In this document: positions 26,391 to 40,271 of the stretch, one piece after another
Numbering within the stretch: position 1 is the stretch's first letter
How the letters are laid out: each line of letters opens with the position of its first letter
Source: Chiloscyllium plagiosum
Taxonomy: Eukaryota
DNA: 62,000 bases
Assembly (NCBI RefSeq): GCF_004010195.1
Contig: NC_057757.1
Coordinates: 4,952,416 to 5,014,415, forward strand
Reading direction: 5' to 3'
Notes under the pieces: model-generated
Told to the model about the DNA's origin: nothing
What the model saw: only the letters and a program-made list of their open reading frames with translations
Database searches by the model: none
Program-made: the position numbers and the translations under genes

Positions 26391-26653
26391 AGAATTCCTA
26401 CAGTATAGAATCAGGCCATTTGGCTCATCAAGTCCATATTGACCCTCTGAGGAGCATCCTGCTCAGGCCATTCCCATGGCCACTCCACCTAACCTGAACA
26501 TCTTTGACTGTGAGAGGAAACTGGAGCATGTGGAGGAAACCCACACAGACAGGGCGAATGTGCAAACTCCACACTGTTGCCCGAGACTGGAATTGAACCT
26601 GTCCCCCTGGTGGTATGAGGTAGCAGCGCTAACCACTGAGCCACCGTGCTGCC
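26391..26653 (-). mobile_element. HE1-type V-SINE, diverged
   Basis: Reverse complement of ggcagcacggtggctcagtggttagc...gtggagtttgcacattc. Confidence 0.85.
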
Positions 26654-27813
26654 TTTTTATCACCCTTTTTATTTTAACTAATCACCTTGAACCTATACTC
26701 TGGTTAACATCTCGTCTGTCTGATGTAATAGTGTCTTCCATCAGAGTTATTCAAAATTTTGAATGTCTCCATTGTCTCCTCTATTTTTCTGATCTGACAT
26801 ATTTAGTAGTAACATGGGTAGGCTATCCAGCCCATAGACCCTGCTCCACCATTCAGTATGTTTGCCCGCCTCCCCCCCTCTATCGCTGTATCCCTTATTC
26901 CTTTAATACCCAAAACTCCATTAAACCCAATGTTGAATATACTTGGCCACCAAACATGTACAGCTCTCCAAAGTAGAGAGTTCTTCCAAAGATTCATATG
27001 AACATGTGAAACAGAGATATTCAGCCCCTCAGGCCTGCTCTGTCATTCAATACGATCATGGCTGACATGTTGCTTATAAGCCCTTTACTGAAAAGAAATT
27101 TCTCATCTCTGTCCTGAGTGACTGACCACCTGATGTGTGACCCTTTGTTTTAGGTTCCTCAATTTTTCGAGGCTAGTCTCTCCCTAGTACCATTCCACTA
27201 CATCTCTCCTCCACCACCAAGTTTTTGATGTCTTCTCTTAATCATGGTGACTAAATTAAAACACAGTGCTGAGACCGAGGACAGAAGCTAAGCTGAATGC
27301 CATGTTGAGAGAGACAGGAGCCAGAGGTCCTTGCAAGTCCTACTAATGAAGTTTAAAATGAAGAGTCGGGCCTGGTTAACATTCCCGTCAACCATCACTG
27401 TGGTAAACATGTAAATTAACCAGCCATTAATCTTATTCTGGACCTTGGAGTGTGAAATTTACTGCTGTGTTTACCTAATTAACAATGGCTGCGTTCTAAC
27501 TAGCAGCTCATTGCAGATGAGTTGACTTGGCCTATCTTAAGGTTAAGTGTGGCATAGTTGGTCTTTCACCCTTCAAAATCCAAACATTGGTCTTTTCTCC
27601 TTTTCCAAGGGAGTTTTGGCATTATGCCTGAAATGTAGCTTTCAGTGAGTGGTGATTTGTAAATAAGCTGGATTTAATATTGATTTCAAACTTTATCAGC
27701 AACCACTGTGACTGTTTAGACTAATCTTGTTAGACCAGTTGATAAGTATTTTGCTTGGGAGTGCGTTAGGAGTTTTTGTTGGTGGGAATAGAGAGTAGTA
27801 CTTTGGAATTCTA

Positions 27814-28259
27814 AGTTAAAAATCTCACAACACCAGGTTATAGTCCAACAGGTTTAATTGGAAGCATACTAGTTTTCGGAGCGCCGCTCCTTCATCAGGT
27901 GATAGTGGAGGACATAATTCTAAGGCACAGAATTTATAGCAAAAATTTACAGTGTGATGTAACTGAAATTATACACTGAAAAATACCTTGATTGTCTGTT
28001 GAGTCTTTCATCTGTTCGAATACCATGATAGTTTAACTTCTTTCATGTGTAAATTAGCAAATCTTTTTTTAAAAGTTGCATTCTCAGGTTAGCTGTAACA
28101 ATGGGTATTAGCTAGACAATATGTTGAAGGTGTTAGCCCCCTGTATTCTGTCTATGCCATGATGTTTAGATTGATTCTAATCTAAAAAGTGAGAAAACTA
28201 GAGTTTTCCATGAATTCATGCAGTTTTTGAGCAAAGTACAATGTAACTCTGCAAGTACA
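27814..28259 (-). mobile_element. Penelope-like element (family B) 3' terminal fragment
   Basis: aagttaaaaatctcacaacaccaggttatagtccaacagg terminus shared with 31121-31510; hammerhead-like motif; flanking aattcta repeats at 27807-27813 and 28260-28266. Confidence 0.7.
27868..27900 (-). ncRNA. minimal hammerhead ribozyme-like motif (family B), best preserved in window
   Basis: Minus strand: AC-CUGAUGA-A-GGAGC-GGC-GCUCC-GAAA-AC-UA-GU; perfect 5-bp stem II, 2-bp stem I. Confidence 0.65.
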
Positions 28260-30982
28260 AATTCTAGACTTTGATCAGAGATCATGTTTTATCAACTTTA
28301 TAAGAGCATTAAAATAGCATCCTTTTAGAACGACAGCCTCCAACTGCTGTGGTTACTTGGACAACTGCTGCCCTCTGCCACCTTGCCCAACTGCCCATTA
28401 CTCTCATCTCAACCAAGCACTTAACCCTTGACCGGCAATGTGACTGCAAGTTATTCCTTGCTCCACCAACACCTATCTTTGTCTGAAGCCTCCAAAAATA
28501 TCCTTTCTGGCTAGGATAATTTGAAGTTAGTTCTAGGACATCCAAAATATCACTCAGAAGCTAATGGAATGGACTTGAGGTGATAATGATAGCAAGCAAT
28601 GCTACTGTGAATACTGTGCTTGAAATAGGCATCATGGTGTTACTGATCTGTACAGGAGACAAGCTTCCACATTTCTGCACTGAAAATTATTTCTGTATTT
28701 CAATGCTGCCGCTAACTTAATCTGTTATCCCTTATGTGTCAGCCTCAGCTCTGTGGTACCACACTCTCCTCTGAGTCAGTCCAATCCCATAGACTTAGAA
28801 CCTTCAACCCCTCAGACTCGAATGAGGGATGCAGTGCCATCTTTTGGGTGAGCTACCAGGCTCTCAGCCAAAGATTTAAAAAGATCCAATCGGACTTCAA
28901 ACGACTGAGTTCTCCTCCATAATCTCACCAATATTTGTGTTTCAGCCAGTGCTGTTAAAATCTGGTGACATCATTGCTGTTTGAGATTTTACCATGTGAA
29001 CATTAGCTCCACTTTCCAATAACTGAGATTGTCAATTAAAAGTGATTCTTTGTAAAACCCTTTTGGACATTCTGAAAGTAGCTGTACAAATCCAACTTCA
29101 TAGGACAGCATTAAAACAATTTCAAGCCTTAAACTGTTTGCAGGAGCACCTTTAAAGTAGTTAGGACTTGCAGCTAATGCTTGACCAGCATTATGACCTG
29201 CTCTTTGTCACTATGTGGTTAAACAAGGAATGTAGATTAAAAGGAGGCACAAAAGAGAGCTTTCCATGTTATAGTGTTTGCTAAGACTCCAGTGCAGTTC
29301 AAATGCATTTCTTAAGTTTCTTCCCACGATACAAACCTGCAAGTGAAACTTAGTGCCATATTGGAGTGTAGTACATGAATTAACTATTCCTTGTATTCAT
29401 TTTACAGTGGCATAAAATTTATCTTAACTTTCTGGCTATGTGACTTTGATATTAAAATGGAGGATTAGTTGGAGGGTAGGTACATGTGGTGGAGCTGTGA
29501 AATTTCACTGGATTTAATAGCTTTGCAACTTTGAGCATAATTACTTGTCAGTTTAAGTTGATTTTTGTTTATTACTGCTGTTTGAGTCTTTATTGGAAAG
29601 TGGTAAATATTGAGGAGTGCTTTTTTGTTCCACCACCACAGTATTTAATGGGTGAATATAGTAATATTTGGTAATAAGCATTGTTGCAGTATACATTGGG
29701 CTTCTTGGTACAATTCCATTTATTTTGGTGTTTGGGAGGAAGTTCTCTTATTTTGGTGGTGTGTGGGAGGAGAGAATGGTTCACATCTGTGCAACTGAAC
29801 ATGGAAAGAATCTGTGCTGAAATGGGTAGTAACTTCTGTAAGTTGACAGCGTTGATTGCAATTTAAACAGCCTTGTGGTTTGAAGACAGTGGTTTTGAAA
29901 TTGGCTTTGAGTCAGGCTGCACTTGAAAGAATTTGATTTTTTTCCATTTCGGTGGTGAACGCAACATCGCAGGTGATATCTAAACACAGACTGGGTGATA
30001 TATTTGAAGTTGCACCTAAACCATTTTGCTGCCTTGTCTCTCCATTACAAGCTGACCTGACTCTGCTTACAATGGGAAGACACTTATATCCATGGGTTTT
30101 TATGGCCCTCCTGTACTCTGAAATTTGCTGCTCTACTTTGTTCATTACCATGAATCATTTAAGAGGCATATCAAGCTGTCTGCATGTTTCTTTCTGCCAG
30201 CTACATTGTGTGATGAATGGGAACCATTTCCTTTTTTGGTAAATATTTTCCTTTTGCCAGCTACATTGTTGTTAAAGCAGCCACTCGCCCGTGGACCAGA
30301 AGTAGTGGTGACCATTTCATCTAGGCATCCCTCCACATCCTACCTGGAAGCTTGCTTGAAGAGTAGCATTCAGAGGTGCAACGGTTAAATTGTTCATCTG
30401 TTCCCTCAGGGCTTTATGCACAATTGCCAGTGCTGGTAAAGTGGGTTATTTCACTCTGCTGCCTTTAACTCCTCCTTTTAAGGAAGTGCCCAAAGGTGGT
30501 TGTTGAGAATGTTTCCCTTCGTTTTCCCGTTTCATTCAGAACAACTTGATTCCGTGTTGATGTGTGGTTCTTTGGCTGCTTGCTATTTTTTTTTGGCACT
30601 TAATTGAAGTGGCTTTAGAACTGAACCTTCTGACGGAACTGAGAGTGTGTTGCCGTTGAGCCAAGGTAACAGTGATAGCTTTTGGATTTGTAGATTCAGT
30701 TCTTTGCATATCCTGCCAATCTGTGGCTTGATCCCATGAGGAGAGAAAGCTAATGCCAGTTACTTGTAGCTCAGTTCATATACTTCCTACTATCTCTTCC
30801 CAGTGAAGATTTGAAACGGGCATTTTGGCAGTGTGGGGTTTTAAGTGGGTGACAGAAGAGAAGATGCCAATGATATGTAGCTCTCGAGGGGGAATAATTA
30901 CCATGCTTAACTTTGTTATCATAACTTTAGTGATGTGATTTTATTTTTAATCTTGTAGAGTTGTTTGTCGGAAGACAAGGAA

Positions 30983-31023
30983 ATGGCAGCAGAGACTCAG
31001 ACGCTCAACTTTGGACCTGAATG
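30983..31023 (+). CDS. GIGYF1: GIGYF coding exon 1, MAAETQTLNFGPEW (exon probably starts at 30959)
   Basis: Acceptor ttttaatcttgtag ends 30958; ATG in strong context (gaaATGG); donor TG|gtaatg at 31024. Confidence 0.96.
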
Positions 31024-31120
31024 GTAATGTATAACCAAAGCGCTTTCTGAGAAAGGACATGTTTTGGAGATTTTCATCATGCCCTCATCAGGACAGAGGT
31101 TAAGAAATACCCAAGTAAAA

Positions 31121-31510
31121 GGATGATTTGGAGGTGCCGGTGTTGGACTGGGGTGGACAAGGTTAAAAATCTCAACAGGAGAAAGTGAGGTCTGCAGATG
31201 CTGGAGATCAAAGCTGAAAATGTGTTGCTGGAAAAGCGCAGCAGGTCAGGCAGCATCCATGGAACAGGAGAATCGACGTTTCGGGCATAAGCCCTTCTTA
31301 GGGCTTATGCGCGAAACGTCGATTCTCCTGTTCCCTGGATGCTGCCTGACCTGCTGCGCTTTTCCAGCAACACATTTTCAGCTAAAAATCTCAACACTTG
31401 GTTATAGTCGAATAGGTTTATTTGGAAGGACTAGCTTTTGGAGCTCTGCTCCTTTATCAGGTGGACAGCTAGTGCTTCCAAATAAACCTGTTCGACTGTA
31501 ACCTGGTATT
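31121..31510. mobile_element. palindromic family-B Penelope-derived element, interrupted by a family-A element
   Basis: Arms ggttatagtcgaataggtttatttggaaggactagct / agctagtgcttccaaataaacctgttcgactgtaacc enclose a decayed hammerhead (31431-31462, minus). Confidence 0.8.
31178..31382. mobile_element. palindromic Penelope-derived mini-element (family A), copy 3
   Basis: ~84 bp arms. Perfect 14-bp TSD taaaaatctcaaca at 31164-31177 and 31383-31396. Confidence 0.92.
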
Positions 31511-32548
31511 ACACTTATACTGTGAGAATAAAATGCTGATTGTTTAAATTCTAGCTGCAAATTCTTTAAACAAAGCTTGGCAATTAACTCATCATAATTA
31601 CTGGTGCATTCTCCATGATGACGCCTCTACCAACTGGAGTCCACTTGCCAGTCAATCTGCAGTTCTCTTGTAAAATATAAGTGTAAAATATAACTACCTA
31701 ATTACTTTGTGTGATAATTGAGTGTTCATGAAGTTTGTAGGATACTGGGGACTGGGCTTTATGCATTTATTTGAGATGCTGACTTCTATTGTACCTTGGA
31801 CCTTTTGCACTTCGTTTCAGTGGAGTTCAGCTTCAGTGAAAATTAATAGCAATCTCTTAAACAGACCACGCTGTAGTTGTACAAACTAATGCAGTACCAA
31901 AAATTAAAATGCTGTTCCACATCAATGGATTGTCTTGCTTGAGTTAATCAGTACACTTTCCATTAACCATTTTGCAATCTAACATATTGCAGATGCTGAT
32001 ATACCTTTGTGTTGTTTCTCTCAAGCTTTATGTAGAATCACCTAATTTAACTCCTTCAAAAACAGTTCATTTGAGCCATTAAAATTTAGCCGATGGAATC
32101 TTTCAACAAAGGGGAGGCCATTCAACCCATTGTGCCTGCGCTGGCTCAGTCCTATTTAATTCTGTTCCCAGCTATGAGTTATTCTTCATGATCAGTGCTT
32201 ATCAGTTCAGGAAGGAGAAATCTGGGTGTCATTAAAATGTTGCTGTGGGAGAATGGAACTAGCCCTTGAGCAGAACTCTGGCCTGTATTAGTTTGTAAAA
32301 AAAACTGTGGTATGGATAAGTGCAGAGTACTAAATAAATGTGTTTAGATTCACTACGCTATCATTCAGTTTTTTTATTAGCTGTGTATATTGGCTACTGA
32401 TATATCCCAGCACATTTATTGCATCACACACCCTGTTCCAGGAAGGACTTTGGTTTAATCCCTGTTTATAGCTTTGTATATTCATTTTAAACTACTTATT
32501 TTATTGAAGTGAATTGACTATCGAACAAATTGTGTTCTCTCGTTACAG

Positions 32549-32678
32549 GCTTCGTGCATTGTCCAGTGGTGGAAGCATTGCATCCCCACCTCCTTCACCT
32601 GCATTGCCAAAATACAAATTAGCAGATTATCGATATGGGAGAGAGGAAATGCTAGCACTTTATATGAAAGATAACAAG
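32549..32678 (+). CDS. GIGYF1: coding exon 2, LRALSSGGSIASPPPSPALPKYKLADYRYGREEMLALYMKDNK; canonical 4EHP (EIF4E2)-binding motif YRYGREEML at 32628-32654
   Basis: ttacag|G acceptor, AAG|gtactt donor, phase 2 to 0. Confidence 0.97.
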
Positions 32679-34494
32679 GTACTTTTAACAAGCCTAACCA
32701 GTTGAGTTTTCCTTTGCATTCTGCCTGTACTTTTCTGTAACTTGGTGACATTTATCAGTTCAGGAATGTTTCTGAATTGGAGAATACAAGCTGAACTGTG
32801 TTTGGCTGTGATGTGCTGTTTTTTTTTGACAGTCTGTTGTGTGCTCATTATTTTGAATGACAATTCTTTGCCATTTGTAGTGACCGCTCACAGCCAGGAA
32901 GGGTAAGAACGATAGAGTTAGGTGAGGGAAGATGATTTCTGAGCGTGCAAAGAAGCATGAAATTGTGGGGGAGCTGTCTGGAGTCAGTCATGAAGAGTGG
33001 TTGTACTACTATCTGATTATCTGAGGATCAGTGCCTCCATATTTACTTTTGGGTGTGATATTTGCTTTCTGTTAGTTTTTTTTTAATTGAAAACTTTAGG
33101 TTCATAGTGAACAGAAAAAACTGTTGTTTGACCTTTTGAGTTTGAGTAGTTGCCCAACAGCACTTGAGTTTGGATGTTGGGTATTTCAGTAGCAGGAGTG
33201 GGCACGTTTGGATGTGAACGTACTCTCTGTTTGCAACTCGGTGCGAGAACACAATGGTGTAAATTAGTTAAACTGAAGTGGGACTTGCTGAACTTTTGAT
33301 CGTGAACAACAGTGAAAGATGCCTTGATTTAGTTTGGCATGCCGGCATTCCATTTGTGCAACTTGGATATGGTGAAGAAACTAAAGTTAGATTAAAATCC
33401 AGGGTACTTAGGTTATTGGAGTTGGGCAGCATGACTGTGTCCAAGGATGAGTAAGTTACCCTTTGATACTGTCGGATGTCTGATAAAATGGGTTTAAGTG
33501 GTGCTTGATGTAAAACTGTTCAGCCAGCTGGTTGAAGTAGTTAAGCTGACTACGATGGAAACAGAATTTGGAGGGTGCGGACTCTGGTGATAGTGGCACT
33601 CGCCATAATATGGGTCTGTGCTTGCTAATGGAAAGTAAGATTTAATCATATCTATGGGGTGAGAATTCATGAGTGGAAACTATCCATTGCATTAGTCAGA
33701 TACCCTTGAAATATTCAATTACAGTACTTGGAGCCCCAGAGAAAGAAATGGAAAAGTTTTGTTGGGATAATTATTTGTGGTAGAGGTTCATTGGTGGTCT
33801 GGTAAGCTTTGGTATATGTAGGCTTCTGAATGTATCATTTTAGTTCCTAAACTTAGTAATGCAAAATAGTCATCAGTTATTGTTTTCCATCTCTCTCTTC
33901 AGTTTTGTTTCCTCCTTTGTCCCAAGCCACAAAAAAGTTAACAACTCAGTGTTACCAGACTTCATTTGCTGCCTTGCTTAGAATTTAAGAAATAGGAGCA
34001 GAGTAGGCAATTTGATCCTTCAAGGCTGCATTCATTAGGATCACAGTTAATCTAAAATCGATTTTCCTGCTTGCCCTATTAACCCACTCCCATTCCATAA
34101 CAACTGACTCCCTTGGAGATTGACGCTCAGTTTGACTGGTCTTTGAATATATTCTGCAACCCAGCCTCCAGATTTCCAAATGCTAGCCACCCTGTTAGCC
34201 ATCCTGAGCTCCACCTGAAACAGGAGACCTGTTATTTGAAGCGGTGTCCAGGTTCTCGACTTCTCCAGAGAATAAATATGCACTCTCTCTTTATCCCATC
34301 AAACCCCCTCAGAATCTTGAAAGATTGATCTGTGGCCCTGCTTTCAGTAAATAGTTGAGAATATTGACAGATCAACGGTACATGGGACATTACAAAACCT
34401 TCGAGCAGTGGACCCATAACCAATAGCTCTGAGTTCAGAGACTAGAGAAATCCAGTGCACGTGCTGAGACCTGTTCTTGGTTTTATTTTGTCAG

Positions 34495-34590
34495 GTTCCT
34501 GAAGAGCTGTCGGACAAAGAATTTCTGGCTGTCTTACAAGATGAGCCGCTTCTGCCCTTAGCACTTGTACCTCTTACAGAGGAAGAGCAG
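34495..34590 (+). CDS. GIGYF1: coding exon 3, VPEELSDKEFLAVLQDEPLLPLALVPLTEEEQ (auxiliary 4EHP-binding region)
   Basis: tttgtcag| acceptor, CAG|gtgggt donor, 96 nt. Confidence 0.97.
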
Positions 34591-36177
34591 GTGGGTTGAG
34601 TTAATGTGTTTTGTTTAAAACCTGCAAATACTGCTGGATGCAGTGTGTAAACATGTAGTTTTTCTTTGATGTACTGTCAGCTGGATTCGTTCAAGGTCTC
34701 ATACTCTTGTGGACTCAAAGTGGGCCACTGCTGATAAGCTTCAACTAAAAATATAACAGTGGCCGTGAGAGTAAATATTTTACAGTTGCTTCCCCTGACT
34801 CCGCATAGTCTGCAGGGAAGATTAATCAGCTTTACATAGATACCATTCGTTTGTTCCCACAGTAATACCGGAATATTTGCTGCATTACACTTTATTTCCT
34901 TTCCTGTTGGACCTGCTTGCCTAGATTCAGGACTTTTCCTGGCTTAGTTATGCATTTAAAAAATTGAAATTTCTAGACTAGTAGTTGCTATCTGGGTCTT
35001 TGCAAGAAATCACTCTCTTATGTAGTTGCAGTGCTGCTCTGGAAGGAGGGAATTGCGTTATCCGGCCTCAAGTTGACTTTTTATGTTGCTATCAGAAATC
35101 CAATCTGACTGTGGCTGCAAGTAGGCAGGACACTCATTAGATGCAGCAGTTAGGATAGTGTGGCCGAAGGGAATTGACGCTCCTTCTGCCCCTTTGGGTC
35201 ACTGCATACTTGTTCAATTCAAGACCTTATTTACTGCAGGAGATATAGCTGTTGAAATGTGGAGTGAATTTGGGTGCTGTCTTAAAATGCACTTGTTTAC
35301 TATGACAACAGCAGCAATCTGTATTCGTGTAGCCACTTCAGTATCGAGTATCCCAAAGTGCTTCGTAGGAACAAGATTTTACTGTGTCATAAAGTGTGAT
35401 ATTATAGATGAAGAGAGGGAGGCTTTAAGGAGCATTTTGAAGATGAAGAGCAGCCAGAGTATTTTAGAGTTGGAATTATAGATCTTAGGACTGAAGGAGC
35501 TGGGTCTCTCATTGGAATGATTAAAATCAGGGCATTATAGAAGGCTAGAATTGGAGCTGGGCAAAGATCTTGAGGTTGTGAAGTTCAAGGGTGTTAGAGA
35601 TCAGGTGGCGTTAGGGAGGAATTTGAGCGCACAATTACTTTAGAATTAAAACTTTTGATCTAGCCAATGTTTCAGTCGCAGGTGATGGGTTAAATGGGAT
35701 TTGCAAGTGAGGGCCAGTCTGAAGGTTGGTCACTTTATGGAGGGTGGAGGCCATCCTGTATGCATACATTTTTGCCATTTTTGTTTGTTCCTCATTGACC
35801 ACAGCAGCTGTTCCCATGGGCTGTAAATACAGCTACTAATTTAAAGCAATTGCTGAATTATAGTTCATCATAGCGTGAAACATTCAGAGTTAAAAATATT
35901 GTCTGAGCAGCTTCACCTCCGCTTAGGAAAAAAAAATGGATGGATCTTGGGAATCCAGCAGAGAAAACTTTTACACAATTCACTTGTTGAGGCAGCTGGA
36001 CAAGAAAATGGGACTTCTGGACAGACATAAATGTGACATTTGTACCAAATGGGCATCAGTCACTTATGATCTTTTATAAAAAATGTCTGTCGTAACAGCC
36101 TTGACATTTTGCAAGGAAGAGCTGTCTTTTTTTTTAATTTATCTTAAACTGAAAATCCTGTCTTTGTTTCTGCATAG

Positions 36178-36289
36178 AGAAATTTTTCTATGTCTGTGAA
36201 CAGCTCTGCAGTGATGAGGTTGATGGGGCGGGGAGGAGGAGCCCCATCGGCAGGGGTTGTCAGAGGCCGAGGCAGTGCAAGAGGCCGAG
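36178..36289 (+). CDS. GIGYF1: coding exon 4, RNFSMSVNSSAVMRLMGRGGGAPSAGVVRGRGSARGR
   Basis: tgcatag| acceptor, GAG|gtaaga donor, 112 nt. Confidence 0.97.
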
Positions 36290-37794
36290 GTAAGAAACCA
36301 GAACTGCAACATGTACAAGCTGTGATCTCTCAGAGAAGCAGAAGGAATGCAAGAGTCAGCCATGTAGCCTCTTGAACCTGCTCAACCCTACAACAAATCA
36401 TGGTAGAGACACCCCACATCCAGTTCACTGCCCCATCTCCATACATCCCTTTGTTCCCAAATAGCAGTGCTGTTTGTTATTGGATGCTGCCTGGCTGTCT
36501 CTTGTATTGTGGTTACTCTCCTGCTTAGGCCACAGGAGGACATGGGCATGCAGATTAACTATGTTATCTTGGAGAAAAAGTCTGACTGGCTAAACTGAAC
36601 TCTGTATAATCCACCGCCTGGCGGTCATCCACCCCCTGTCCAATTTTGTCCAACTTCTGTACCATACATGTCAAAAAATAAACCGAACAGCTTTATGCTG
36701 AATACACATTCATTGTTTGCATTTAATTGTTTTTACAATCAACACAAGTCTTCCGCCTGATCAAATGTCCCTCACGGTACTAGCTTGAGGTGACCTCTTC
36801 ATCCTGTTGTAATCCTTTTTGTAAAATCTTGTTTCACATACATAAGTGTGTGTATCCTCTCCACATGGTCCTGACACTTCATTTGGTGGCCAAATTATCA
36901 AATTCACTTCTTTTCTAAAACAAAAAGCTTCATGTGTAAGGACGTGTAATCTCAAGAGAAAGTTGTCAATAACCAGTTCCATCTACACTTTCACATGATA
37001 TATTCCAATACACTATACCTAACTGTGTTATCCCTATTCGATTTGTCACTTTCCTGTCATTCACTTTTTATTCTAAGTGACCCTTCCCATTAATTACTGT
37101 TCTGTCTAATTCAGGAGTTCTAGGCGAACCTTGCGTGTTTTCATAATATCTTTAAAACAAAAATCAGTGATTGCTTTATGGCTGTAGACATTACCAAACT
37201 TATTGGTTCTTTGTTACCAAAAGTGTATGCAATTTTTTTCAAAAGTAATCTGTTAGATCACACTTGGCATTTTTTTCCTTTTAATATTATCCAAAATACA
37301 GACATGGCAGCCACACTCTATTCCCCTTATTTCTAAGTTGTGTCCCCTAGATTTAGACTCCCAAACCAGGGTAAATTTCTTACCTGCATCAACCCAGCGT
37401 ATCTCTATTTTGTAAGTTTCAAAGAATTCACCTCCGTTCGAAACTCTGGAGAGTAATGGCCCAGTTAGGCCAAACTCTCTTAATAGGTCAGTTCTACCAT
37501 CTTTAGAACAAGACTGATGAACCTTCCTTGCACAGTCTCTGTGGCAATAATATCATTCCTGAGTTAATGAGACCAAAACTACGCACTACTCCAGGTGTGA
37601 TCTAACCAAGCTCCTGTGCAATTGAAGCAATACATCACTAATCTTGTATTCTGATTCCCCAACTCTCCACTAAACGGAGCAATTTCTTTCAATCTACTTC
37701 ATCCAGATCCCTTGAGTTGTGATCAGATTCAGGAAATTGTTTTGCAGCATGTGTTATTTCCCACTTTTTTTTCCCTTGTCTCTTTAACCCGCAG

Positions 37795-37903
37795 GTCGAG
37801 GAAGGGGTGAAAGTGGTTACTACCAAAGAAGTTTCGAAGACGGTGAAGGAGGTTTTGGCCGTGGGGCACGTGAAATGCTGCGAAGTCAAAGTTGGGAAGA
37901 AAG
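37795..37903 (+). CDS. GIGYF1: coding exon 5, GRGRGESGYYQRSFEDGEGGFGRGAREMLRSQSWEE
   Basis: Long pyrimidine tract + ccgcag| acceptor, AAG|gtaatt donor, 109 nt. Confidence 0.97.
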
Positions 37904-39239
37904 GTAATTGCAACAGGTGTTACGTGCAATTGGACAGAGGCCAGGGGAGGTTGACTATGGCTAAGAGGTTTTTACGAGGTGGTTGATGGTCCTCCATCCT
38001 TGTGTTCTTTAACTGTTCAAGTTGAAATGTTGTTGTGAATGCTATTGAAAATTATGTGTTTAAAGCTATATTTACCCTGGTATTAAATTAAAATCATTCC
38101 TGCAGGGCCAGGTACTGCAATAATGATATGCCTTTCTCAGATCCATGTATGAGTGCATGGAAACTGATGGCTCGGTTTGCATCAATATTTTGAAGCCATG
38201 CTGCAGAGCTGAGTTCTTAAATCAGCTGTGATACAAGATTGTTTGCATGGCAGCAGCTGTACAGACTCCATATCAGGAGATATGACTGATACCAGGAGAG
38301 AGAATCTGATGCTGTGACATTTCTGACTCTTGTGTTCTAAGTCTTCCTTGCCTTTAAGAGAATTCACCTTTAAGGGCTCCACATGCTCTGTGTGTAGTGT
38401 TGTAATTCTGCCTGCCAGATTTGTAACTAAGAATTTGTAACTTGCACATGCTGTCATGGCTACTTATGTTCTTTTCTGTTTTATAATAACTAACAGAGTT
38501 AATCAATCCCTGAGGAATATTTTAATTATTAGATCATTATCAGGAACATGGCAGCTTAGATTCAGGGGTACTGGCTGCCATATTGAAACTCCGAATGGTG
38601 AAATAGGAATTGGTTCAGGTGCAAAATGAAGGAATTGCACAAAACAGAAATACATTAATCTTCTTGTTGCCTCAGTGGTTTCCAGAAAAGCATATGTTGT
38701 TTGCATTTTCTGATTGCCTTCCCTTAAAGGCCTAACTTTAGCCTTAGTATGGTTTCCTCGTCCCAGCAGACCTCCAGCACTCAATCCCATCAACAGCTCT
38801 TAAAGCAAGAGTCCACTTAAGGCTTTGACCAGCTATAGATTCTCGTTGGCTATCAGCTGACAGCTTTCCAGTAGATGGATGCTCAAAAGCAGCAGAGGTT
38901 TTAATGGGTGATTCTTCCCTGTCCACCTCCCAGGCAACAGGGGCACCAATAGTGATTGCCTCGCTTGTTGCAGTGATTGAGATCAGCTAATCAGTCATGA
39001 TCGATCAGGAATAGTTTAACAATTGGAGGAGCCTCAACAAATAAGCCTATTGATGATAAAAGAACCCAGTGCATCAATATATTTAAAAAGCTGAAGCATT
39101 TGTAGCCATCCTCAGCTGAAGTGCTAAGTGGACAATCCATTTTGACTGAGATCCCCACCATCAGGGTTGTCAGCTGATTTGATTCACCACTTGATATCAA
39201 AAAATCTGACAGAGCACATTGGGTGATGAAATGCAGACT

Positions 39240-39830
39240 GGGTGAACACTTAGGGTCATTTTTTTGGGGATGGAACCTGAGCTTCCAGTTGCCTGCCACT
39301 TCATCACACCATATTCTCATGCCAGTATTCCCGTTGTAGGCCTATTGCAGTGTTCCATCAAGCCTCATCGCCAGCTCGAAGAACACCATTTCATTTTCTG
39401 TCTGGGGACCCTGCAATCTCTAGGACTCAACATCAACTTCAATAATTTCAGAGTCTGATTCCACCTTTCCACATTTTTTAAACCAACTCCACACCCTGTC
39501 ATATTACGTCATGGGTTGTTTTTAGCACAATCATCCGTTCCTGCATACTCTAAGGCGCATTATCACATTCCGCGGGTTGCATTTAGCACAGCTAACGCGT
39601 TTTCCTTGCTCTTAGCTGTTCTTATCACTTAAGTTTCTGACCAGACTTCTGTCCTGGTTTACTATCCCATAATCTTTGTCCACCCTCTCCTTTTTCATAT
39701 CTCCCTCTTTCCCTCTCTTCAGTGTAAATATCACTTTTAACTCTGAAAATGTTAACTTTTTTTTCCCACACATGTTGCCAGACCTGCTGAGTTTCTCGAG
39801 CAGTTTTCTTTTCAGATCTCCACAGTTCTT
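39240..39830 (+). mobile_element. old Penelope-like element 3' remnant (GIY-YIG C-terminus plus terminal repeat)
   Basis: ORF 39264..39458 (LPVACHF...RQLEEHHFIFCLGTLQSLGLNINF) resembles LEEEYFIFHLGTLQP of ORF 58675..58860; terminus ttgccagacctgctgagttt at ~39775-39800. Confidence 0.75.
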
Positions 39831-40271
39831 TATTTTATACTTTAACAAATCTTGAGGCTCCATTATTTACCTCGCAGAATTGCAAAACAATCTAAACTAA
39901 CCAGAAGTCCATTAGTGCTGCACAAGAAACAATTACTGTAAAGCCAGTATTCAAAAGCTGCTTTTAAAAGAAGCTACCCTAGCTGCAGAAATGCTTAAAA
40001 GTTAATTATTAATTTCAGACACAGAAAAATCCACCAATTATTTTTATTTTAAAAAAGCAGAACCTAAACTCAACAAATAACATTCACAATTATGCGCGTG
40101 AATCCCACAACTCTCACCACGATATGAGGTTGCTCCGTACTTTTGTATGGTCAGCTGGGAGTGCGAGTATGGTGAGCAATACTAAATGGTCATATGGCAG
40201 TCTTTTCATTCTTGACGTTTCTCTACTTTTGGGTGTTTGTTTTCCAACTGCCAATTCTTTGTTTTCCACAG

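Noticed and set aside
30195..30269. 15-bp direct repeat (tgccagctacattgt) enclosing a box C motif GTGATGA; possible snoRNA or CRISPR-like unit
   Set aside because: Only two repeat copies, no CTGA box D at a suitable distance and no terminal stem.
1..30958. A separate protein-coding gene or CpG-island promoter in the first half of the window
   Set aside because: No ORF with a recognisable non-transposon domain, no chain of phase-compatible exons and no CpG-rich stretch.
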